NCBI RefSeq assembly: GCF_006345805.1
Contig: NC_042997.1
Span: 162,564,001-162,628,000 of the forward strand
Length of the DNA: 64,000 nt
DNA from: Octopus sinensis
Taxonomy: Eukaryota
Direction of reading: 5' to 3'
Shown: in pieces, positions 49,225-60,787 of the stretch
Layout: each line of letters begins with the position of its first letter
Numbering within the stretch: the first letter of the stretch is position 1
The notes under the pieces: generated by a model
Seen by the model: the letters and a program-made list of their open reading frames with translations, nothing else
The model's database searches: none
Told to the model about the DNA's origin: nothing
Position numbers and translations under genes: made by a program

Positions 49225-52200
49225 AAAGGCACTCTCCATTGGCTTACAGGAATGGATGATCTCTGAACCAAATTTTTAGTGGTGTAGTGTGGCTTCTGCT
49301 AGTTTCAAATCATCTTGCTCAGATCCCCAATGTGGAACCACAGCCTAACTAGTTTACCATAAAAGGCAAATGCCAGCTGTGAGAAACTATGTCACCATTA
49401 AAGGCATTAATGCCTGTGAACGTGGTTTGGTCAATCAGATCAGCTGGTGTGCAGTCAAATAAGTGATAGACTTGAAATTAAGTTTTGTGAATTCCTTCAC
49501 TATAGTTTTGCTGAAGATTCTAGAAGCTTGACTCAATGTTATAAATAGTTGGGATACTGAACTCCCAAATAGAATGGCCTCTGGTGCTACACTGAACTAT
49601 ATCAATCAGTTTTGTGATAAGGTGTTCTCACTCCTACTTATTTGGTCTTTAATAACCAAAGATGATTTTCATATAATTAAAATATTTTATGCAATGAAGT
49701 CTTTTAACTATAACATTTATCATCTCATGTATGCCATTTTAGTCAAATAACTGTTGTACATATGTAAATACAAATGTTCTGAGTAATAAAGAATATGGAA
49801 ATGTTTTTATATGATTAATGGTCATTTTCATCTTTACTGCAGCCTACTTAATATTGTGAACTATCAACAATGACTAAATGACCAGCTCCACTAAATGATG
49901 ACCAACTTAAATGATATTTAACTACATCCCTTCACATCACGAACTAAAATTCCACTGTTGGTGAATGGAAAATATCTTTTATCCTTTCAATATCAATATA
50001 GTAACAAACAATATAGTAACTAAGCTCAATTTGACTGTTTGCTCAAAATGTATGACCTAATGTTGTGGTTCTCAAAGTGACAAATACCATTCTCACCACC
50101 TATTGGCCAACCAAAATATCAATGATATTTTTTTTACCTCTTCCTTTTTTAAAGAAGACAAAATGGTGCTTGCAGCCATATAATTCTCCTTTCAGGCCTG
50201 TATTGTTTCTACAAGTTATAAAAGTTTTAAACCATCTCAATTTTATTAAACACGGCAAGTTGTTCACCCACTTTTAAATCCTCAGGGCACTCCTCACCAC
50301 AAAGAATATTAGGCCTTCTCCTATAATAAATACTTGCTTAATGTCAATGCAAGAAATATTTTTTCTTATTATGAGGACTACATGATTGGCAGAAAGGGCA
50401 TAGAATTGGTAAATTAGTGAGAGCATCTGGTGCTTGCCAGCTCTTACCATTCTGACTTCAAACTCTGCTGCTGTCAGTTTTGTCTTTCATCCCTCTTGGA
50501 TTGATAAATAAAGTACAAATCAAGTAGTAAGGTGAATGGTATTATGTAACCCCTACCCAACATCAAAAGTTCTATCAAAAGTCTTGCCCAAAATCCTATC
50601 AAAAACTGACATGATGATTGGCTGGAAAAACTGCTAGTAGACATTATAAGAGAGTTCAAAGATATACCCAAAGGTCAACCTTACCAAACAGAGTATTATT
50701 AATGCCTAGTGACAATTATTTCTGGCCAACAATACCAAATATAGTAATTTTATTTGCCTATAGTTTTGACTTTAAGCTTAAACATTCCAGGTCTGAATTT
50801 GTGGAATGGTATCTGCTTCAACTTTATTGTGGGCATCATCTGAGTTTCGTGGAATATCAGTAATTGTTATAGATTGGGATGAAGTATTTGCTGGTTCTGA
50901 ATAGACGGACTAATCATTGGGATGCTGTCCTAGCAATTTTAATCTTTTGCAAGCTGCTGACGCATCATGTTGCTGCATGAGTTATCTCCCCTCTCAGTGC
51001 AACACAATGCAGCTACAGGGAACAAAATTTGTACAATGCCATGATGTGCATCAATGTGCTGAAAGTTAGATATGCTTTCAAGAGAAATCTTCAGTGATCG
51101 AGGAACCTAACATTTTCTCCTAAACATTTAAATGATGGCTGACTTGAACTATTAAATAAATACTACCAAAAGTAAAATTCTAGCATGCTTCATTAAACAA
51201 TTTTTAATACAGGGCTGAGGGAAAACACCTCAGGGTAGCATTTTGTATTCTAAATACATATAAGAGTGAGTCTCACATATATAGTATAGTGAGTTTAAAT
51301 TATTTTTGCAATATCAGATAATCAAAAATTCTGTTTTGGATTTTAAACACCCCAAGAGGGACTTTTGTTTTCTACTTGTAAAATAAATCTCAGTTAATTG
51401 ACGTTTTTCAACTCACAATATGTATATTACATACAAGATGTATGTAATATAAGTGGTAGTGGTTGTGGTGGTGGTAGTGGTGGTGGTAGAGTGGTGGTGG
51501 TAGTGGTGGTGGTGGTGGTGGTGGTGGTGGCAGTTGCAATGATGGACACAAAACCACAAATTTGAAGATGGAATTAGTTGATTAAGTTGATTCTAGTACT
51601 TGACTGTTACGTTATTTATCAGCCTCATGGGGACGAAAGATGAAGTTGAACATGTCAAGATTTGTTGATGTTAATATCTCCTTGAGAATCAAAGGACAAG
51701 AAGATGACAATTGCTTTGAAACCTCCAGCTTTTTTACCCAAATTTACATTTATATCAATAATAATTGGTGCACTTGGTTTTGTGAGTAAATGCCATAGTG
51801 ACAATCTGGAGAAGTGGGGGTTTTCAGAAACATGCTCATCACAAATACAATTGTAAGTGGAACAGTAAAAATATGCAAGTCTTTTCTCATATTCAAAATG
51901 TGAATTTGCTTTTGTTATCTACAATCTAACAATGGGGTTATGTATCCTTGGTTAGAAACCAGCTCCTTCCGTACAAGAAAACTTCAAATGATTGAAATTA
52001 TCAGAGTACATACAAACATACATACACGCGCACACACACACACATGCACGCACATGCGTATATAAGTATGCACACATACACACACATACATACATATCAC
52101 TCCGTTTCATCACCTGAGATGAATATGCATAGCTGAGGAGATCTAGCAAGGCTGGAATATGTCTGTTGGTTTTCCCACCTAGCTTTATCTGCATTGTTCA

Positions 52201-52243
52201 TATTTTCCAGAAATTTGGATTGGCTGATATCATATGAGTTATG

Positions 52244-52287
<44 letters not shown>

Positions 52288-52639
52288 TTGAGAATTTGAG
52301 CACCGTAGCAGTTTCTTTTTCTCTGAATAATTGTGAGGATAATCGAAGTTTTTCAACTCTATATTATGTATGTGAGCCTCTACTGCATCAGTTTTTATGT
52401 ATCCTTCTGAGGGAAAAGTTTAGGTACACTTATCTTTATAGTTCGTAAGTTTAAAAAACAAACCGGGATGTCAATAAACTTGACTGATTCATATTAGCAG
52501 GAAATCATTTCTCTTCACAAATATATAAAAGTACTTCTCACACGCGCACACACACATACACAAACACACACACACGTACATATACAAACACACACACACA
52601 CACACACGTATTATTGACAGATAAAGTGTAAATATAATC

Positions 52640-53000
52640 ACGAGTATCTTCTCTCACTATCACTCTTTTTTCTTTTTAAGACTTTTTCAATTAGTCGTCC
52701 ACTGGTGCCTTTACTCAACAACATAGCGATATTTCAGAGGGTCAATAGAAACAAATATTATCGGGAATGATCTCGTGAGTTGAAGCGGCTGCTTATCGAA
52801 TGCTAGTTTTTTCTTACGTATTTATTTCAAAGCAATTTAGTGATCCAGAATCGAATATTTTCATGTGAAAGAATTTCAAACTAAAATATGTTGCCTATTT
52901 CTTTCCTTCAAAAGTATTTGATATAGTTTTGGTACCAAACAAGTGTCTTGCATATACGAATCTGTACTGATTGATAAATTCAGCTTTACATTATCTAAAA
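52640..53000 (+). promoter_or_regulatory. Putative TBC1D13 promoter / 5' UTR region
   Basis: Repeat-free stretch with visibly more CpG dinucleotides than the flanks, directly upstream of the inferred ATG; TSS not determinable. Confidence 0.45.
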
Positions 53001-53020
53001 ATGGCAGCTTACAGAACAAG
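53001..53020 (+). CDS. TBC1D13: TBC1 domain family member 13, first coding exon (20 nt)
   Basis: aaaATGGCAGCTTACAGAACAAG|gtaaga = MAAYRT(R); good start context, consensus donor, phase 2 fits next exon; human exon 1 likewise encodes only MSSLHKS(R). Confidence 0.75.
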
Positions 53021-54255
53021 GTAAGAACACCTAACAAAAACAAGCTATCAGAATAGTTATTGACATTTATTAGAAAGTTAATTTATCGTATATATTCTTC
53101 TGTGAAAATATTGTTTTAATTTAATTTTAAATTTCCATGTTGACAGTTTCTATATTACTTACTGCCGGACAAAGTTTGCCAGGTGTATTAACGACACGCC
53201 TCCTTTACTCTTTCTACAACACTTCTCAAAATCTACAAATGCGATCTATGTTTTTATTATATTTTAACCTGTTCATTATAATTTGATGCTACAAAATCCT
53301 TATATTTAACTTGTACGAAACTTTCATTTTCCTTTGATATCGACTTATAACTATCAATTCTCACTATGATTTCCATTGTTTATATTTCTCGACACTATCA
53401 ATCAATCAGTTAGGTGTTTTGATTATAGATCACAATTTATTTATAATTCTGTTTATGTATTATAACAGAAACTATCTATTATTATTATTATTATTAAAGT
53501 TGCATTTAAAAATATAAAATTATCGTTAGTGTTATTAGTACAGATTATCGTTATAAACTGAGTGACAAAGGTGGAGTTGGGACGGCAGAACTACAAACAA
53601 CATGCTTTATTAGTTTCGGTTTATTATTTGTCTGTTCAAATCTCGCCCAAATCGACTCCGTTTTTCATCCCATGGGTGTTCACATAATCAGTACTTGACA
53701 TGTTCCGTTCAACCCCTGTCTCTTACTGTGCCTTCTGTCAATATAAGAAAATTATTACCATTTGAGAGTTACATGAATGCCACACACTGTCATACTCTGT
53801 TCTGCAAATCTTGCGTATTTGTAGAAGAAATAATTATTACTGGCTGTTAATGTTTAGCTCCTGGTCAATCTGATTGAGCAGAGCTATGATCAAAGGCATT
53901 TCATTCACCCCATCCGTTTCTTTGCCATTGTGTATCTTGGATTAATGTAGTTCAAGGTTCACAGTATAATGCTTCCTCTCGTTTTCAGTACTTTTACGGT
54001 ATGATTTGGGAGAGTTTGGCCTGCTGTTTCTAAAGGTTCCAACGACACAGTTGGCTCTGTTTTAGAATTGTTCTAAGGTCCAACCAGTGTGCTTATACTG
54101 TTGGAAAAGGCATGAACACCAAGGGGTCCTTTTCCCTAAAACCCTGGGGCTTTATGTAATTAAACATTATCATTAATTAATTTGCTAATAAACACTAAAC
54201 ATTCACGTCATATGCAACTAAGTCAAACCTATTTGTTGTTTATTTACTTATTTAG

Positions 54256-54329
54256 ATTAAAACAGTTCGCCAAGGTATTGGACACTGAAGAAATTGATAT
54301 GGAAAGCTTACGCAAATTATGTTTCAGTG
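54256..54329 (+). CDS. TBC1D13: TBC1D13 second coding exon; gene is 3'-partial
   Basis: (R)LKQFAKVLDTEEIDMESLRKLCFS(G) vs human RIADFQDVLKEPSIALEKLRELSFSG; tttag/gtaaat. Confidence 0.85.
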
Positions 54330-57300
54330 GTAAATATAAAATTTTCCGAAATTTCTCTCATTTTTTATAATTGGTTTCATATCTATCGCATATTGTTTTG
54401 CATTGCTTGTGAAAACGTGCATTGTTTTTATATTTGAAACTTGTAAAATACGGACTTCTCTAGTAACTTCATTAATTACATGTGGCGGAGATTTACAACA
54501 TCCTTCAGCGGCTGCTTTCAGAATTGAAATAAAAAAAAATTCCATTTCAGATTATTATAAATGTCGAAATATATTTAGGTTGTGTATTTTGTGTTTTTTG
54601 TTATCTCACAATGGTTGCTGCTATCGTCTTGTTTTCTGATATCGGTTTGTTATCATCATTTCGAACGATTGTGGTCATCTTACATATAAACGTAAATGAA
54701 CCCCTGAAAGTGTGTTTCGTTTTGTATCTCTCAACGTAAATGACATTATTTATTATGTTTTGTTTTGTTTCCTTTTTGACCTCTGCTAATCTAGAATTTA
54801 AAAATTAATGGAAAGTATCCTAGACATAGATTTAGTCTCAAAAACAAATCAAAACAAAAATCTGCGTTATGTTTAATTATCGATTACAAACATGGTGTTT
54901 GGAGATAAAAAAAAAACTTCGTTTTTACGTTCATTTCTAGGAATGTAATTTTTTAATTAAATATCATCTCTTAGTTGAATAACGGATTTTTACTTTAAAC
55001 TTGTTGGTGAAAGTTTGAGATGCTAATTACTGTTGTCAGTTAATCAAAGTAAACATTAATGTCTTATGTAATTCAGCTATTAGATGGGCTTCAGTTATTA
55101 ATTTATTAAATGACCGGTTGAACAATCGTAAATTGAGAAAAAATGGACTTTGTTATAAACCTGAAGATTAATTTATTTTAAATCTGTGAAGACTGCCAAC
55201 TGGAAGGCAAATCTTAATAGGCAATTTCATCATAGGAAACTTGATGCTTTTCTTTGGTCGGGTATAAAAACTTTGTTTTAGAATTCTTTTGGTGTATAAA
55301 TCTCGACTTTTTTTTTGTGGTTGGTGTGTGAGATGCAGTTCACATATTTCGTTATTATTTTTTTATTTTTTGTAATAAATCAGAATTAACCTAATGAGGA
55401 CGTTTTTCAGCACTCTTTCACTGAAGTAACCATCTTCCCTGCACACCTCACTACCTCGACATACACACTTGCTAAAGACAAAAAAAAAAAAAAGACAAAA
55501 AAAATCAGCTATTCATAATCTGTTGGTGTGCTGATTAAATAAACGTTTTTAAGGTTTCCAATTACATTGTAATTCTTGTGGCAGACTTTCTTTGTAAATT
55601 CTCTGATTATCATCCCACTCTGCTTCGCTTAAATTACCACGGCATTTTGTTTGACAGATGTTCTAAACCATTACTTTTAAAGCTTCATTCGAAATTTAAT
55701 TTACATGTACAAACAAGTGCTTTATACAGTTTATTTTCCACCTGAGACTGTGTCATTTACACATTATATCAATCAAGCTGTTTCTTTATTCGTAAGATAG
55801 TCTTATATTTTCTTTCTCTAATACCTTGTTTAGAAGGGTGCAAAGTATAATGTTTCTGTCTAATATGGACATATGACATATCTCATTGATAAAGAAATTA
55901 TGAATTGTTTTACAGAAGTATACTTATATCATCTTCAATGATGTCATGTCAAGAATCATCATCATTGATTTCATGCCTTTACCATGCTAGTATGTGTTGG
56001 ACGAGACTTACTGGAATAATATCATCCTATGTCTTGATGCTCTCTCTATTGTTAACCCTTACCTGTTTTTCAAATATTTGGGGCACAAATGTTTTGTGCT
56101 ACAAAGAAGTTGCCCGTTTAAATTTTTTTTTTATTTTTTACACTTTTTCCCTCATTTTGGATTTTTGTTTATACCTGTAACTTGAACACTCATTTTCTGG
56201 TTCAAAGTTAGCAGAATCAAAAAGCTACCAGGAATTCAGTACTCAAGTTCAGCTTTGGCTTAACTTGATTCCACAATGAAATCACATTTATTAGTGTAAT
56301 GATGATGATGTTGATGGATTGCTCAAAGGCATCTGCCATTTTGTTGAAAACTATTGATATTATAATTAATGATGCAAGTGTGGCTGTGTGGTAAGCACTT
56401 TGCTTCCCACCCACATTGTTCCAGGTTCAGTCTTCCTGTGTGGTACTTTGAGCAAGTATCTTCTACTGTAGCCTCAGGCTGACCAAAGCTTTGTGGGTGA
56501 ATTTGGTAGACAGTCAAAAACTGAAAGAAGCCCATCATATATGTATACATGTATAGATATATGTGTGTGTGTTCGTGTCTGTCCCCCACCACTGCTTGAC
56601 AACTGGTGTTGGTGTGTTTATGTCCCCATAACATAGCAGTTCAGCAAAAGAGACCAATAGAATAAGTACTGGGGGTCGATTCAGTTGACTAAAATTCTTC
56701 AAGGCAGTGCCCCAGCATAGCTGCAGTCTAATGACTTACACAAGTAAAAGATAAAAAGATATGTGTGTGTGTGTCTTTGTCTAGACATCACATGAGAGTT
56801 GTAAATGAGCATCCTTGTTATACAAGCAAGATTGTTTGTTTCCAGTTTCTGTGGGGAAAATTTAACCTTGCTTGGAAATAAGACAGGTACCAAGAAGGGC
56901 AGCTGTAGGAGACCTGTCCCAGCAAATTCCCATCTGATCCATGCAAGCATGGAAAGTAGACATTAAGTGATGATGACAGTGAATGTTAAAATATTTTCAG
57001 CTTAGTATATAAAATTATAAAATTGTTGTTCTACATAATTTGCAAACGATAAATCATAGGTTTGTTGGTTCTTGATGATTGCAGCTCAATGTAATGATGT
57101 CATGTTGTCAGTTATGATTTTTTTTACCATGGCATCACATGATAGATATTTGTTTTCATGGTAAGCAGCAAGTATGGTAGGCAATAATCTCTTGGTTATA
57201 TTGTTAAATAAATGTTTGCTCATGTCTTATCACATGTTACAGTTGTAAACTATACATGTGGAGAGACCATTAGATAATGAAATCCATGCTTCATATCTGA

Positions 57301-58955
57301 TGTATAATGACATTCTGAATTGATAAACAGTAACTATATACAAAAAGTGTCACTTTAGTTTAACATTTTCCTAATGAGCTTCTAATTTGTACTCTTCCAA
57401 AGAACAGTGAAAAATGAACAAGAACCTGCAATATCCTAGGTAAGAGAAACAAACCAAACAATTGAGTAGCAATGAACAAAGAAATTGATAAGAGAATGAA
57501 AGACATACATACATGCATTCGTATATGTGCTGGTGCTACATCCCATGCCAGTGTCACATCCTGTGCCAGTGTCACATAAAAGCACCCAGTACATTCTGTA
57601 AAGTGATTGGCATTAGGAAGGGCATCCAGCCATTGAAGCCATGCCAAAACAGGCAAAAGCATGGGGAGCTCTCCAGCTGGTCAGCGCCTGTGAAACCTTT
57701 CAACCCATACCAGCGTGGAGAATGGATATTAAATGATGATGAGGATTATATATAGATACATTTGAATTTTTATTTGAAGAAGTTTAAATAAATGTAAACA
57801 TTAATCAATATGACATGCTCAATGGATATGTGTTATGTGACTTCACACTGTTTGATGTATCAATAATGTTTATACACACACACACACTGGTTTTATTTAA
57901 CAGATTGTGCATATAAAACTACTCAGTATGTGTAGTAAAATTTATTCAAAACAATTTTGCACTTTTTACTTTTGGTTTTGTGTTCCAATTTTTCACAGTG
58001 ACAGTGAACATGTAAATCATCATCATTATCATTTTACACCTATTTTTCCATGCTTGCGTGAAGTTGATGGATCTTCTCCAGCCCAGCTTCTTGTTATGTC
58101 TTCTTTGTGAGCCTTAGCCATGCCTACCTTAGATCTTGCTCTCACACAGGTTCATTCCATTCAAACGCACATAACATGCACACACATGTTTCTGCATTTT
58201 GTTGATAATCACTCTGATTAATCATCATCACTATCTTAAAATCCATTTTTCCATGCTTGCATGGGTTGGACAGTTTGAAGCAGATTTTCTTCAGCTAGGT
58301 ACCCAATCTGTCATCAACCCTCACTTGTTTCCAAACAAGGTAATATTTCTACTTGGTTACAACATGTTTTCACAGACTATTGAAAATGAATGACACAACT
58401 TATATGGTAGTGACACTCTTTACAACTATCACATGATGACTCACACACACAAACACACACACAAGGTTCTTTCAGTTTCTGTCGCTCAGATCCACTCACA
58501 TGTTTTTGGTCAGTCTGGACAACAGCAAAAGACTCTAGTGTCACACAATGAGACTGAATTGGACACCATGTGGTTAGGAAACAAACTTCTAATCATGTAT
58601 TAATTATTAGTCATGTTTTGATGCTTCTTTCTGTATATTGACTTTGTCATATCAAGTTGACCTGGAATCCTGAATGACTTGGTAGATTTTTGCCTTTAAC
58701 CTTCTGAATTCAACAAAATAAGTACTTGTCTCAAAGTACTGGTTTTGATATAACTGACTATAATCTTTGAGGGCAGTGACCTAGCATGAGGATACCTTGC
58801 TAGGTCACTGAAACCAGTAAAAGAATTAAAGAATAAACAACCCGCTTAATTTGAAATATAAGAGAATAATTATAAATATAGATAATGATATGATATTGAC
58901 CTTCTTCTTTTGCTTTGACTACATATAAATATAAATGTAGACACATACATTTTAT

Positions 58956-59209
58956 ACAGTTCTATATTTAAGAGATGAGGAATTATGTACATTATTTACA
59001 TTTGACAGATATTTGTCCTCATCTTGTTTGTTGTTATAATGTTTCGGCTGATATACCCTCTAGCCTTCTTCAGGTGTCTTGGGGAAATTTCGAACATGGT
59101 TCGAAATTTCCCCCAAAACACCTGAAGAAGGCTGGAGGGTATATCAGCCGAAACATTATGATAACAACAAACAAGCTGAGAACAAATATCCGCCAAATGT
59201 AAATAATGT
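58956..59209. mobile_element. Penelope-like palindromic insertion with 13-bp TSD
   Basis: Inverted arms 58984-59095 / 59099-59214; direct repeat ACATACATTTTAT at 58943-58955 and 59210-59222. Confidence 0.85.
59117..59162 (+). ncRNA. Type I minimal hammerhead ribozyme core, degenerate (mirror copy on minus strand at about 59035-59078)
   Basis: AACAC-CTGAAGA-A-GGCTG[GAGGGTATAT]CAGCC-GAAAC-ATT-ATGAT; core and stem II intact, cleavage triplet and stem I 3' strand diverged. Confidence 0.72.
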
Positions 59210-59240
59210 ACATACATTTTATGTATATATATATATATAT

Positions 59241-59540
59241 GTGGAGGCACAATGGCCTAGTGGTTAGGGCAGCGAACTCGCGGTCGTAGGATCGCGGTTT
59301 CGATTCCCAGACCGGGCGTTGTGTGTGTTTATTGAGCGAAAACACCTTAAAAGCTCCGGCAGGGGGTGGTGATCCCTGCTGTACTCTTTCACCACTCTTT
59401 CTCTCACTCTTTCTTCTGTTGGCCTGCTTGCTTAGCTAGCGGGGTGGCGTCATTCGAAGGCTAAAACAATGCGAATGCATTGTGACCAGCGATGTGTAGC
59501 AACATCTGATGGTCTGGTCGGTCATGTGATCACATGTGAT
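59241..59540 (+). mobile_element. tRNA-derived SINE in (TA)n
   Basis: Head GTGGAGGCACAATGGCCTAGTGG...GGTTTCGATTCCC shared with 14456 and 7741 copies; distinct tail ending GGTCATGTGATCACATGTGAT. Confidence 0.9.
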
Positions 59541-59719
59541 ATATATATATGTACAAAGTACCATCACATGGGACTCATGGTCATTGAGTCCCTCTGTACA
59601 TCCTGCCGATTATTTGGAAAAAAATGAAAATGCTTATGTACACACACACACATAGAAGTGTATATACTGGATGTTTAGGCTAAATTTAACAGTTTGCATA
59701 AAAGAAAAAGAGAACTCAA

Positions 59720-60300
59720 TATCCCATCCAGTTTTCTCAAAGTTATCACTCTCAGCTTTCACTATGGCCTCAAGATGGCTCCAGAACTTGGCTTATGCAT
59801 TTCTTACTGTGTCCTTTGGGAGATCTTCAAGCACATTTTTGATCTTGGTCACTAGCTTAGCATTGGTATTGCAGGCTGGTGTCTTTCGCAACCGTGCCCT
59901 CACTTAGTAATCTGTAGGATTACAATGAAGGGAATTAGGATGCTAGAAGTAGGGGCTGGAGATGTCATAGAAATTCGACAACCACTTTTGACTCTTTCTG
60001 GAGGTATGGTAAGGAGGTGAATCTTGTGGTCACACATACTACCTTCCAGCAGCAATGCTCTCTATCCAGAATTTGACCAGTCTCCAGCAACTTCACATAG
60101 CTAGCTGAATTGAGCTTTAGGCCCTATTGAAAATGGGGGGAAGAATTCCAGCATGTGAACTCATTCAGAATACCTGCTGTATCCCTCCCTGCTGGCCACA
60201 GCTTCATAGTCTCTGTTGCAGCAGTCCATGTCTTGTCACCTTTACAATGTTCACAAAGCATTAAACAGCAGTCATGATGTCAACATTTTGATGCCAAATG
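59720..60300 (-). mobile_element. Old maT (DD37D-like) Tc1/mariner transposase fragment
   Basis: WIESIAAGR*YV*PQDSPPYHTSRKSQKWLS...HPNSLHCNPTDY*V...HLEAIVKAESDNFE; several stops. Confidence 0.75.
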
Positions 60301-60745
60301 TGAATTATTAGGATACAAGTAATTCTTTTCCTATATTCAGATCGCTTCCAGTCCTCCCCGTCAGCTAACTTTTTCTCATCTATTAATCATTTTGCTGTTC
60401 AATGCCATTGACACTTCAAGCTGTACCTGAAAGAAAAGCAGCATAAGAAATCATCAAATTTTGACTGAACTCCCTGTATATGTACATGCTGGCTCAGTGC
60501 CAGGAAGTTTTTGAAGGGCAGGCACATGGTCAGAAGGGAATACAGTTCCAGGAGAAAAGGGCATAATAACATTATTTAGAAGGGCACACATCTTTTCTTG
60601 AGGTCGGGCACATGCCCTTCAGGCCCCCCTTGGGTCCACCCCTGATGTGTATGTGTGTATGTATATATATATCATCATCATCATTTAGCGTCCATTTTCC
60701 ATGCTAGCATGGGTTGGATGGTTTAACTGGGGTCTGTGAAGCCGG

Positions 60746-60787
<42 letters not shown>

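Larger units (their letters stand above)
42124..52406 (-). pseudogene. Candidate disrupted multi-exon gene or spliced non-coding locus, identity unresolved
   Basis: Several AG/GT-bounded minus-strand segments with open or once-interrupted frames: 52114-52406, 51738-51918, 50138-50320, 44519-44636, 43720-43811, 43441-43638, 42124-42358; see findings. Confidence 0.3.

Noticed and set aside
47050-49620. Further GREB1/TAGT-like snippets (LVLLVSFEQLQEKYRK, IVKEFTKLNF, QLAFAF)
   Set aside because: Too short, interrupted by stops, and out of order; indistinguishable from chance without a profile search
52768-52780. TCTCGTGAG resembling the TCTCGCGAGA promoter palindrome
   Set aside because: The central CpG is mismatched; a single short imperfect hit is not enough
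52818-52864. Minus-strand ATG exon MKIFDSGSLNCFEIN(T) with gtaaga donor as first exon of the antisense locus
   Set aside because: Its phase (2) does not fit the next candidate segment (phase 1), it probably overlaps the TBC1D13 5' region, and GTAAG occurs often by chance
55390-55430. C/D-box snoRNA-like ATGAGGA...CTGA
   Set aside because: Boxes are only about 30 nt apart with no terminal stem
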